Positions 1 through 7,897 of a stretch of DNA of 20,461 nt are shown here, in pieces. The position numbers and the translations under genes are program-made. Positions within the stretch are counted from its first letter, which is position 1; each line of letters opens with the position of its first letter. Source of the DNA: an uncultured archaeon. GTDB lineage: Archaea > Asgardarchaeota > Lokiarchaeia > Sigyniarchaeales > Promethearchaeaceae. The stretch is taken from the NCBI GenBank assembly GCA_964426185.1, contig CAYRPF010000052.1, positions 3,302 to 23,762 of the forward strand, read 5' to 3'. Under the pieces are notes generated by a model. The model was not told the origin of the DNA. It did no database searches and saw nothing but the letters and a program-made list of their open reading frames with translations.

Positions 1-35
1 TATTTCATAGTTTCGTGGATTTTTCCAGTATCCCT

Positions 36-1118
36 TCATAAATTAATCAAAGCTGAATCATCGCCGATAGACAATCGTGTTTTAATGAGATTTTCTAAGG
101 AAACATAATCGCCCAAAATAGAAGAGTCCGTGGTGAAATTTTGAAGAAAACAGTTATTCCCAATAACGGTATTGGTCAAAATGCAACGACGCAATTCACT
201 TGCATCCCCTATAGAAGCATACGGTCCGATAATAGATGATGAAATTTTGACATTTTCGCCTAAAAATACCGGTGGAATAATTAAAGAATGAGTAATATGA
301 CCTGATTCTTGTAATTTTTTAATCTGCTCGTCAGAGGTAGGATTTAATTGCAGTAATTTTTGATTACCTTCTAAAAATTTTTCTAATGAACCGAAGTCCA
401 ACATATCTTGTTTCATCGCATGAATCCCAATTATTGCTCCTTCATTAATTAACCGTTGAATAATTGGAACATAACTGTGAGTTTCCCCAGGAAGTAGCGG
501 TTTTTGAGCTTGTTCATTCAGATATTCCATAAATTTTTTTGAAATAGATTTTTTAATTAAAAAGGCACCTTGGATTGTTAGTTTAGAAATGAAATTACTC
601 GGTTTTTCATGAAGTCTATTCACGATTTGATTTTCATCTATCTCACAAACCCCATAATTCTCTGGATCTGGAACTTCTTGAACATTTAATATTCCGTCAT
701 ATTTGTTACTTTCACACTCTTGAAGAAGTGTATTATAATTACGTAAAGGCAGCCTATCGCTAAAGAAAATGAAACAATCTTTATTCTCTGCAAAGGGTTG
801 AGCCAAAGCAATAGCATCGCCAACACCAGAAAAAATTGGTTTCTCATTGACCATCCCACAAGATTGTTGCTCTACAAATTCAATGTGGAAATATTCTCCC
901 ATCATTCTGTTCAAATTTGTGATGTAATCAGTTAGCAAACGTTTTTTGTATCCAACGATAAAGACAATAGTTGTACCTTGAGGAACCACTTGTTTGATTC
1001 TCTCTAAAGTATGAGCAATAATGGGTTTTCCTGCAACTCTAATCAATGCTTTGGGTTTAGAAATTACGAAAGGCTGTAGATACGACCCTACTCCAGCAAT
1101 GGGACAAATAACAATCAT
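36..1118 (-). CDS. Sugar-1-phosphate nucleotidyltransferase-like protein (RmlA long form/GMPP-like NTP_transferase domain plus C-terminal left-handed beta-helix)
   Basis: N-terminal 'PIAGVGSYLQPF..SKPKALIRVAGKPII' matches the GxGT(R)L..PK signature with Arg replaced by Tyr. Also 'GVGDAI', 'FSD', 'PENYGV', 'HEKP', 'DFGS', and hexapeptide repeats 'PPVFLGENVKISSSIIGPYASIGD'. Confidence 0.85.
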   Translation of the reverse strand: MIVICPIAGVGSYLQPFVISKPKALIRVAGKPIIAHTLERIKQVVPQGTTIVFIVGYKKRLLTDYITNLNRMMGEYFHIEFVEQQSCGMVNEKPIFSGVGDAIALAQPFAENKDCFIFFSDRLPLRNYNTLLQECESNKYDGILNVQEVPDPENYGVCEIDENQIVNRLHEKPSNFISKLTIQGAFLIKKSISKKFMEYLNEQAQKPLLPGETHSYVPIIQRLINEGAIIGIHAMKQDMLDFGSLEKFLEGNQKLLQLNPTSDEQIKKLQESGHITHSLIIPPVFLGENVKISSSIIGPYASIGDASELRRCILTNTVIGNNCFLQNFTTDSSILGDYVSLENLIKTRLSIGDDSALINL

Positions 1119-1125
1119 TTTAACA

Positions 1126-1521
1126 TCATTTCTTTAACTTGGTATATTGCTTCTTTCTGAGTTTTTCTTTTAGAATTGCTTTATTTGATTTGTTTTTCTT
1201 CTTTCTTTTGGCTAATTGTGCTGCATTTTTCCGTTTTTGCTTTACTTTATTAATTTCTGGAGCCAATTTCCGTAGTACAAAGGTTTTTTTCTGTCCCATG
1301 GTGTCAATTAACACTCGACCAGGAGAATCAAACGGGGTTCGAGGATAAATGGCTTGTTTTTCATGTTCTGCATAGTACTTAAGATTTTGAGCAGCTTCAA
1401 AGACATCTAAAGAAGTGGGTTTCGAGCATGCTAATTCTTTCGGAATACGGCGCCCAAGTCTAACTGAACGATTAAGATCGAAGTATTGAGGCCAAAAAAT
1501 AGTCAACCCTTTCCGTCGCAT
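1126..1521 (-). CDS. srp19: Signal recognition particle 19 kDa protein with Lys-rich C-terminal tail
   Basis: 'IFWPQYFDLNRSVRLGRRIPKELA..KPT', 'YPR' and 'GRVLI' are SRP19 motifs. The ORF track starts at TTG 1539; ATG 1521 is preferred because a GGAGA SD-like site precedes it. Confidence 0.93.
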   Translation of the reverse strand: MRRKGLTIFWPQYFDLNRSVRLGRRIPKELACSKPTSLDVFEAAQNLKYYAEHEKQAIYPRTPFDSPGRVLIDTMGQKKTFVLRKLAPEINKVKQKRKNAAQLAKRKKKNKSNKAILKEKLRKKQYTKLKK

Positions 1522-1556
1522 AAGTTCTTCTCCAATCAAAATAATTATGAAACGTG

Positions 1557-1569
1557 TTTTAACCTTTCG
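1557..1569 (-). promoter_or_regulatory. Putative BRE + TATA box for srp19 and the downstream nucleotidyltransferase
   Basis: Minus strand reads CGAAAGG-TTAAAA, about 35 nt upstream of ATG 1521. Confidence 0.55.
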
Positions 1570-1616
1570 CTAATGTGAATTTTTTTGGAAAAAATAATCG
1601 ATAAAAGTCCATCCAT

Positions 1617-1631
1617 AAAAAAAAAGAAAAA
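1617..1631 (-). terminator. Putative oligo-U archaeal terminator after idh
   Basis: Minus strand reads TTTTTCTTTTTTTTT about 11 nt after the idh stop codon. Confidence 0.5.
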
Positions 1632-1642
1632 TATGATGATAA

Positions 1643-3877
1643 TTATATCATTTCAATAGCGCTGTTGAAAGTTTCGCTTGGACGGCAAATCTTTTCAGCA
1701 ATTTCATCATCCGGTTTGTAGTATCCCTTCAAATCTACTGGTGAACCTTGAACTTCCAATAGCTCTTTGAAGATCTTTGACTCATTATCGGTTAGAAATT
1801 TCGCAACCTTAGTGAACTTCTCTTTCAATTCTTTATCCTTCGATTGAGCTGCAAGAGCTTGAGCCCAATACATGGTAAGATAGAAATGACTTCCACGATT
1901 ATCGATTTCATTCACTTTCCGAGAGGGAGATTTGTTGTTATTAAGATATTTTTCGATGGCTTCTTCCAAAGTTTCTGCTAGGATTAATGCCTTTGAATTG
2001 TTATTACGCTCTCCAAAATGAGTCAAGGAAGGTGAAAGTGCAAGAAATTCACCTAATGAATCCCAACGCAAGTGGTTTTCCTTCAAGAATTGTTTCACAT
2101 GTTTTGGAGCAGAACCACCGGCACCCGTTTCAAATAGTCCTCCACCATTCATTAATGGAACTATTGAAAGCATTTTAGCGCTTGTTCCTACTTCCAAGAT
2201 AGGGAAAAGATCAGTCAAATAGTCGCGAAGCACGTTTCCAGTTACTGCGATAGTATTTTTCCCAGCCTTTATTTGCTCACATGCAAATTGGGTAGCGCTT
2301 TTCAAGTCCATAATTCTGATATCTAATCCAGTTGTATCATATCCAGCCAAATATTTCTGGACTTTTTTGATCAGTTCGGCATCATGAGCCCGATTTTCAT
2401 CCAACCAGAAAACGGTGGTGAATCCAGTAGCTTTAGCGCGTTTGACGGCTAATTTAACCCAATCTTGGATGGGTAAATCTTTAGCTTGACACATTCGGAA
2501 GAAATCTCCATCTTTAACGGGACGCTCTAATAACACCTCTTTGGATTCTGAAATAACTCGAACTACACCTTCGCCATGAATTTCAAAGGTTTTATCGTGA
2601 GAACCATATTCTTCCGCCTTTTCCGCCATCAAGCCAATATTTTGAACGGTTCCCATGGTAGCTGGGTTGAATTTTCCATGTTCTTTGCAAAAGTCGATGG
2701 TAGTCTGAAAAACTTGTGAATAACTGCTATCAGGGATAGTGAATTTTGTATCGTGAAGTTTTCCATCTGGACCCCACATCTTTCCACCGTTCCGAATGGC
2801 CGCGGGCATGGAAGCATCAATAATCACATCACTGGGAACATGTAAATTGGTAATCCCTCTATCAGAATCCACCATAGCAAGTTTCGGTTGTTTTTCATAG
2901 CATGCTTGTATATCGTCCTTAATTTCCTTTTGTTTTTCTTCTGGTAATGCTTGGATTTTTATATATAATTCTCCAAGTCCATTTCTGGGGCTTATTCCAA
3001 GTTGTTTGAAGGTATCAGCATGTTTTTCAAAAACATCCTTGAAGTAAACAGATACTACATGACCAAAAATGATAGGATCTGAAACTTTCATCATCGTGGC
3101 TTTCAAATGGACCGAAAACAAGATGTTTTGTTCCTTCGCGTCTTTAATTTCTTTTTCAAGAAAAGCACGCAATGCTTGTTTTTCCATCACGGAAGCATCA
3201 ATGACTTCACCCGGAATTAACTTTAAATTTTTCTTCAAAACGGTTTTATTTCCATTTTTATCAATAAATTCAATGGTTGAATTACCAGCAGTTTGATCGG
3301 TGATGGTCGTTGAAATTTCATTTAAATGAAGATCTCCATGATCCATAGTAGCCACATGGGCCTTAGAATCCTTTTTCCATTCTCCCATGGTGTGGGGATG
3401 GGCTTTCGCATAATTCTTTACAGGTGTAGGAACTCGCCGATCAGCATTTCCCATCCGAATTACGGGATTAACTGCACTTCCCTTAACTATATTAAATTTA
3501 GCCATAATGGCTTTTTCTTCATCATTTTTTGGTTCATCTGGATAATCTGGAATATTATATCCTTTTTCTTGTAATTCTTTGACTGCAGCTTTGATTTGAG
3601 GCACTGAAGCACTGATGTTAGGCAATTTAATAATGTTGGCTTCAGGTTTTTTCACCAAAACACCCAATTCTTCCAAAGCATTTGGTTGTCGTTGATCTTC
3701 AGTTAAATATTCTGGAAAATTAGCGATAATCCTCCCGGCCAGAGAAATATTCTTGGTTTCCAAGGGGATATTGGCAGATCCCAAGAATTTCTTTACAATA
3801 GGTAAAAAGCTATAGGTTGCAAGACGTGGGGCTTCATCCGTTATTGTATAGGTTATTTTTTCATTATTTTGACTCAT
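1643..3877 (-). CDS. icd: Monomeric (bacterial-type) NADP-dependent isocitrate dehydrogenase
   Basis: 744 aa with '[14 protein letters not shown]', '[10 protein letters not shown]', '[14 protein letters not shown]', '[12 protein letters not shown]', '[14 protein letters not shown]', '[25 protein letters not shown]' and '[11 protein letters not shown]'. NADP-type residues are present in PKH, LRWDS and PSRK. Confidence 0.97.
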   Translation of the reverse strand: MSQNNEKITYTITDEAPRLATYSFLPIVKKFLGSANIPLETKNISLAGRIIANFPEYLTEDQRQPNALEELGVLVKKPEANIIKLPNISASVPQIKAAVKELQEKGYNIPDYPDEPKNDEEKAIMAKFNIVKGSAVNPVIRMGNADRRVPTPVKNYAKAHPHTMGEWKKDSKAHVATMDHGDLHLNEISTTITDQTAGNSTIEFIDKNGNKTVLKKNLKLIPGEVIDASVMEKQALRAFLEKEIKDAKEQNILFSVHLKATMMKVSDPIIFGHVVSVYFKDVFEKHADTFKQLGISPRNGLGELYIKIQALPEEKQKEIKDDIQACYEKQPKLAMVDSDRGITNLHVPSDVIIDASMPAAIRNGGKMWGPDGKLHDTKFTIPDSSYSQVFQTTIDFCKEHGKFNPATMGTVQNIGLMAEKAEEYGSHDKTFEIHGEGVVRVISESKEVLLERPVKDGDFFRMCQAKDLPIQDWVKLAVKRAKATGFTTVFWLDENRAHDAELIKKVQKYLAGYDTTGLDIRIMDLKSATQFACEQIKAGKNTIAVTGNVLRDYLTDLFPILEVGTSAKMLSIVPLMNGGGLFETGAGGSAPKHVKQFLKENHLRWDSLGEFLALSPSLTHFGERNNNSKALILAETLEEAIEKYLNNNKSPSRKVNEIDNRGSHFYLTMYWAQALAAQSKDKELKEKFTKVAKFLTDNESKIFKELLEVQGSPVDLKGYYKPDDEIAEKICRPSETFNSAIEMI

Positions 3878-3946
3878 AATTTAACCACATTTAATGGTAT
3901 ATAGGCAAGTTTTAAGAAAAAATGGAATTTTTTCATATTTTTTATT

Positions 3947-3981
3947 TGTATCAGTGCTGGAATTGAATTGACTCTGATACA
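3947..3981. promoter_or_regulatory. Perfect 8-bp inverted repeat upstream of idh (candidate operator or leader hairpin)
   Basis: TGTATCAG (3947-3954), 19-nt spacer, CTGATACA (3974-3981). Confidence 0.45.
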
Positions 3982-4304
3982 TTGGGATAAAATACCTTTG
4001 AAAATTAATAAATTTTTACATATTCTTAAAAAATAGGGGCCTTAAACTCAAATTATGGAAAATTTCATCTGGATTTTTGCCCTTTTTTTTAGATTTCGAT
4101 TGATGAAAATCATATATAGGATTTCTAATTATTTATATGATTATTATCATTTATATCCTTCTTATCGCTTAGTTTCATAGCATTTATATTTTTTACGCTT
4201 TCCGCTTTATTTCGGATTTAATGTCTCACTATGACATAGTCAAACAATTATTATGATTGTGTGAGATCATTTGTTCCGTTATTATGATTTCAATTTTGAT
4301 TTTT

Positions 4305-6392
4305 TCAATTTCTTGATTGCTTCATCCATACTTGCATAATCGATGGGCCACGATTTGACCATGAATAGTAGGGAATTAAGCGTATTTTACGATTTTTTTT
4401 ATCAAATGTTAAAAGAGAAGGAATACCACCCATTAATTCGAGGTTATGTTCATAATTTATTTTCGGATTTGCTGGTAGATAAATTGATTCAAATTCCATA
4501 AAAGGATTATCGAGAGATTCACTACAGAAAATAAAAGGTCCACGTTGGAATGCAATACGGCCAATATTTGCTTTCACTTTAGGATGTGACTTTAAAATTT
4601 TCACAGGAAGGGAAAGTTGAAGTGAAATTTCACAATTCTTATCCCATAATCGGGTTATAGGAAACCAGTGACTACGATGCAATTTAATCCCTGATGCAAT
4701 ATATTCCCCTAAAAATGAATTTTTTTCAGGTTGAAAAGGAAAATTATTGATTTTATCCGCTTCTATCTTCTTTCCATTCATCGAAACAGAAAATTCATGG
4801 CTCCAATGGGGGATTCTTAACATTAATGTGAATTTAGTAGGATGAGGAAGTTGAAGTTGTATTCGGATCTTTCCTTTATCTAATAAATCTGCTTCAACTT
4901 TGATTTTAATTAGCAAAGTCTCAGATATTTGAATATTATCACGAGATTTTTCCGCAGAATTCATGGGAAGAAAGATTTCGGCAGAATTTCCGATATACTG
5001 GGTTAAAAAAAGTTTATTGGGTGCAATTGTATAACAAAATTTACCTAATTGCGCCAATATTCGAGATATGTTAGAAGGACAGCAAGGTGTTTTATACCAA
5101 GATCTCCGGCTATAATTTCCTTTACTTTCCAAGATATTTCGATATAAATAACTTTTTCCATTAATTCCCATACCTACCAACATCGCATTGTAGAGTTGTA
5201 ACTCCAAAACATCAAGCATTTCTACCCGTTGGGTAATCTTGAATAATTCCCAAGTCCAGAGAATATTTGCCACAGCAGCACAAGTTTCACAATAAGCGGA
5301 ATCATTGGGAAGTTCAAATGGGCGACCAAATCCCTCAATCAGAGGAAGAGCCCCCAATCCTCCGGTGACGTACATGAATTGAGATATCATTTTATCCCAA
5401 CACTGCTCAATCGTCGATAAAGAAGGAAGATCTTGCTTCAAATTTAGATAATTGGTTACAGCGGTTTGAAAATATCCAAAACGCACAGCATGACCCTCGG
5501 GACGGATCCGTTTACCAAAAGGTTTATTTTCTTGAAAGTATTTCCCAGAAAAGAATTGATAAAGTGCCCGGAAGAAATATTTTCGGCGCTCATTTTTCTC
5601 CATCGTTTCTAGAAAACCAAATTCTTCTTGAGATTCGCAATCTTCTACATTATGGTTTAAAGAAAGGTCTTTCTGGTATTTCATTCTATTTTCAGTTACA
5701 ATTTTTTCTCTTTTGCTTTGATCGAAATTTTGCTGCAATAATTTGATTCCATAGAGCTTTGTGGTTCCTCTTCGCAAAATAAATCGTTCAGCCATTTGCA
5801 AATATTTTGAATTTTGGGTAAATTTATATAATTTTAGCAGAGCCCATTCAATTTCTGGATGTCCCGGTGTTCCAGGAAAATTTTGACCTAAAAACTCATT
5901 AACAATCAAATCAGCAGCTTTTCGTGCACATGAAAAAAGTTTTGAGTCTTTATCGATAATATAATGGGCAATACCTGCTTCAATCAAATGCCCCATGCAG
6001 TATAATTCATGTTCAATGGAAAGATTCGCCCACATTCTACCAGGAAAATGAAATTGATTATAAGTAAAGATATATCCATTTTCTTGTTGGGATTTTACAA
6101 TGATGTCAATCAATTCATTCAATTTTTCTTCTAATCCCTGATTTGATGGATTCTTTGATAAAATCCATGCTGCTGCTTCAGCCCATTTGTAAACATCTGA
6201 ATCAGTATAAAAATAACCTTTTCTGAATCCTTCTTTTAACTTTGCCACTAATCGAAAGTTATCGATGCTTCCAACTTTTTCCAACATCTCCCATTGATGG
6301 AAAATTGCCACATTTTGGTTGGTATCTATCCATTTGCTCCAAAAAGGGTCTGATATCTTAATGTTTTGGAGTTTGCATTCAATGAGGACCAT
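4305..6392 (-). CDS. Glycoside hydrolase family 127 (DUF1680; beta-L-arabinofuranosidase-like Zn/Cys glycosidase)
   Basis: 'DSDVYKWAEA', 'HELYCMGHLIEA', 'GHPEIE', 'GHAVR', 'MYVTGGLG...EGF', 'YCETCA', 'PCCPSN' (Glu/Cys3 Zn site) and C-terminal 'IPYYSWSNRG'. Confidence 0.95.
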   Translation of the reverse strand: MVLIECKLQNIKISDPFWSKWIDTNQNVAIFHQWEMLEKVGSIDNFRLVAKLKEGFRKGYFYTDSDVYKWAEAAAWILSKNPSNQGLEEKLNELIDIIVKSQQENGYIFTYNQFHFPGRMWANLSIEHELYCMGHLIEAGIAHYIIDKDSKLFSCARKAADLIVNEFLGQNFPGTPGHPEIEWALLKLYKFTQNSKYLQMAERFILRRGTTKLYGIKLLQQNFDQSKREKIVTENRMKYQKDLSLNHNVEDCESQEEFGFLETMEKNERRKYFFRALYQFFSGKYFQENKPFGKRIRPEGHAVRFGYFQTAVTNYLNLKQDLPSLSTIEQCWDKMISQFMYVTGGLGALPLIEGFGRPFELPNDSAYCETCAAVANILWTWELFKITQRVEMLDVLELQLYNAMLVGMGINGKSYLYRNILESKGNYSRRSWYKTPCCPSNISRILAQLGKFCYTIAPNKLFLTQYIGNSAEIFLPMNSAEKSRDNIQISETLLIKIKVEADLLDKGKIRIQLQLPHPTKFTLMLRIPHWSHEFSVSMNGKKIEADKINNFPFQPEKNSFLGEYIASGIKLHRSHWFPITRLWDKNCEISLQLSLPVKILKSHPKVKANIGRIAFQRGPFIFCSESLDNPFMEFESIYLPANPKINYEHNLELMGGIPSLLTFDKKNRKIRLIPYYSWSNRGPSIMQVWMKQSRN

Positions 6393-6909
6393 TTATAAAA
6401 CCCGATAAAATTGTTGCTGGTATTAAAATAATCAAACTAGTAAGCAATTCACTCAGAGTTGTAAAAATATTCCCTCCAGCTAAATTAACACCCGCAAACA
6501 TTGCCACTAAAAAATATAGAATTATAAGCCCTACATACACTAATAAAGCCGTAATCAAGCTGTGTTTGATTCCTTTGACAAAAATTCCAATAATTAATCC
6601 CACACTAAACCATGTTAATATAGTAGGCCATAAAGTTTGCCCAAAAAGAATTCCGAAAAATCCCACACTCTGTAAATTACTTATTGAAAAAAGAGAAAAT
6701 AAATTAGAAGAAAATCCCGATCCTACTAAAAGATATAAACCAGTTACAAAATCGATAAAAGTTCCTGCAGTGAAATGTGGAAATATATCTCGATCTAAGC
6801 GAACACCTCTATATACAAAATTACTAAAAATAAAGACACCAAAAATACTTAATCCCAAACTCCATATTATTGCAATGATATAACGAACTTTGAGGTTGTA
6901 AATTGGCAT
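6379..6909 (-). CDS. Hypothetical polytopic membrane protein (about 4-5 TM helices); stop overlaps the GH127 start
   Basis: Long hydrophobic segments, GGGAGA SD-like site upstream, and a 14-nt overlap with the GH127 ORF. Confidence 0.8.
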   Translation of the reverse strand: MPIYNLKVRYIIAIIWSLGLSIFGVFIFSNFVYRGVRLDRDIFPHFTAGTFIDFVTGLYLLVGSGFSSNLFSLFSISNLQSVGFFGILFGQTLWPTILTWFSVGLIIGIFVKGIKHSLITALLVYVGLIILYFLVAMFAGVNLAGGNIFTTLSELLTSLIILIPATILSGFINGPH

Positions 6910-6948
6910 TAGAATATTCTCCCGTATGTAGAAATATAAATTTATGCA

Positions 6949-6966
6949 GTTATATAACCTTTGATT
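6949..6966. promoter_or_regulatory. Palindromic TATA box (GTTATATAAC) with a minus-strand BRE-like element; possibly a bidirectional promoter
   Basis: 6949-6958 is a perfect palindrome. The minus strand reads AATCAAAGG-TTATATAA, resembling the srp19 promoter. It lies between the divergent membrane-protein gene and rps2. Confidence 0.55.
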
Positions 6967-7012
6967 TTATTGCGGGAAGAAAAAAATTCATAATAAATGA
7001 AATATTATTTTC

Positions 7013-7098
7013 CTCAAATCGTTCAGCGAGATGGTGATTATTTTCATCATTGGAAAAAAAGTTTCTGAACGTTCGCGAGTTCCATGCATATATCATGG
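7013..7098 (+). promoter_or_regulatory. Candidate structured 5' leader of rps2
   Basis: Nested stems CGTTCAG(7020-7026)/CTGAACG(7065-7071) and ATGGTGA(7031-7037)/TCATCAT(7044-7050), followed by hairpin CCATG(7082-7086)/CATGG(7094-7098). Confidence 0.4.
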
Positions 7099-7125
7099 TA
7101 CAATGACACGAAATAGGTGTATCTT

Positions 7126-7848
7126 ATGGTCGATAAAAAGAAAAAAGACTCCGCTAATGAAGGCGAAGATGATATTGAAGAAGTTGTTCTTGATGATGAC
7201 ACGGTAATCTTTCAAGAAGAAAAAGAAGAAGATCTTTTAATTCCTCGAAATGATTATTTAAGCTCAGGAGTACATATTGGAACTAAATTGAAAACGGTTC
7301 ATAGTGAAAAATGGATTTACCGAACGACTTCTTATGGATTGTATGTAATTGATTTGCATGCGACAGATGAAAGAGTGCGCATTGCTGCAAAATTCTTGGC
7401 ATCCTTTGATCCAGAAAAAATTATGGTTTGTTCCGTCCGTCGATATGGTAGGGCCCCCGTTCGCGCCTTTTGTAAAGTAACTGGGGCACGTGCTTTAGCC
7501 GACCGATTTATTCCAGGGACCTTAACAAATCCTTTAATTGATCAATTTAAAGAAGCAGATGTTTTATTAATGATTGATCCTCATGCAGATAAACAAGCTT
7601 TAGCCGAAGCTCGCTTAGCTAGAATACCTGTAATTTCATTCATCGATACGGATGATTATCTTTACGATATTGATTTAGCGATACCAAGTAACAACCGTGG
7701 TCGAAAAAGTTTATCAAAAATGTTATGGTTATTAGCCCGGCAGATTATGCGTGAACGAGGTAAGATTGCTAAAGACGAAGATATTGAGATCACTCCTGAA
7801 GAATTCGAATCTAAAATAACTCGTATTCCTTCAACTTCTGAAGATTAA
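7126..7848 (+). CDS. rps2: 30S ribosomal protein S2 (uS2, archaeal type) with acidic N-terminal extension
   Basis: 'LLIP..DYLSSGVHIGT', 'GLYVID', 'DERVRIAAKFL', 'RFIPGTLTNP', 'DPHADKQA' and 'DLAIPSNNRGRKSL..LWLLARQI'. ATG 7126 follows an AGGTG SD site; the ORF track starts at GTG 7117. Confidence 0.97.
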   Translation: MVDKKKKDSANEGEDDIEEVVLDDDTVIFQEEKEEDLLIPRNDYLSSGVHIGTKLKTVHSEKWIYRTTSYGLYVIDLHATDERVRIAAKFLASFDPEKIMVCSVRRYGRAPVRAFCKVTGARALADRFIPGTLTNPLIDQFKEADVLLMIDPHADKQALAEARLARIPVISFIDTDDYLYDIDLAIPSNNRGRKSLSKMLWLLARQIMRERGKIAKDEDIEITPEEFESKITRIPSTSED

Positions 7849-7897
7849 ATTTTGTTTATAAAAAAATCTTTCTTTTTTATCCTTTTACTCCCATTAT

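Noticed and set aside
1540-1642. SRP RNA next to srp19
   Set aside because: The gap is about 100 nt and AT-rich; no GC-rich, roughly 300-nt region exists here or in other intergenic gaps.
4220-4271. Possible SECIS element (minus strand has AUGA followed by a stem, 3' of a TGA-ending gene)
   Set aside because: I could not form a tandem GA/GA core with a proper helix II. GH127 is complete at its TGA, and no gene in the window appears interrupted by an in-frame UGA.
36-6392. Sugar nucleotidyltransferase and GH127 as part of the pterin pathway (glycosylated pterin tail)
   Set aside because: They are separated from the cluster by rps2 and by their own putative promoters, and no glycosyltransferase is present; only proximity supports the link.
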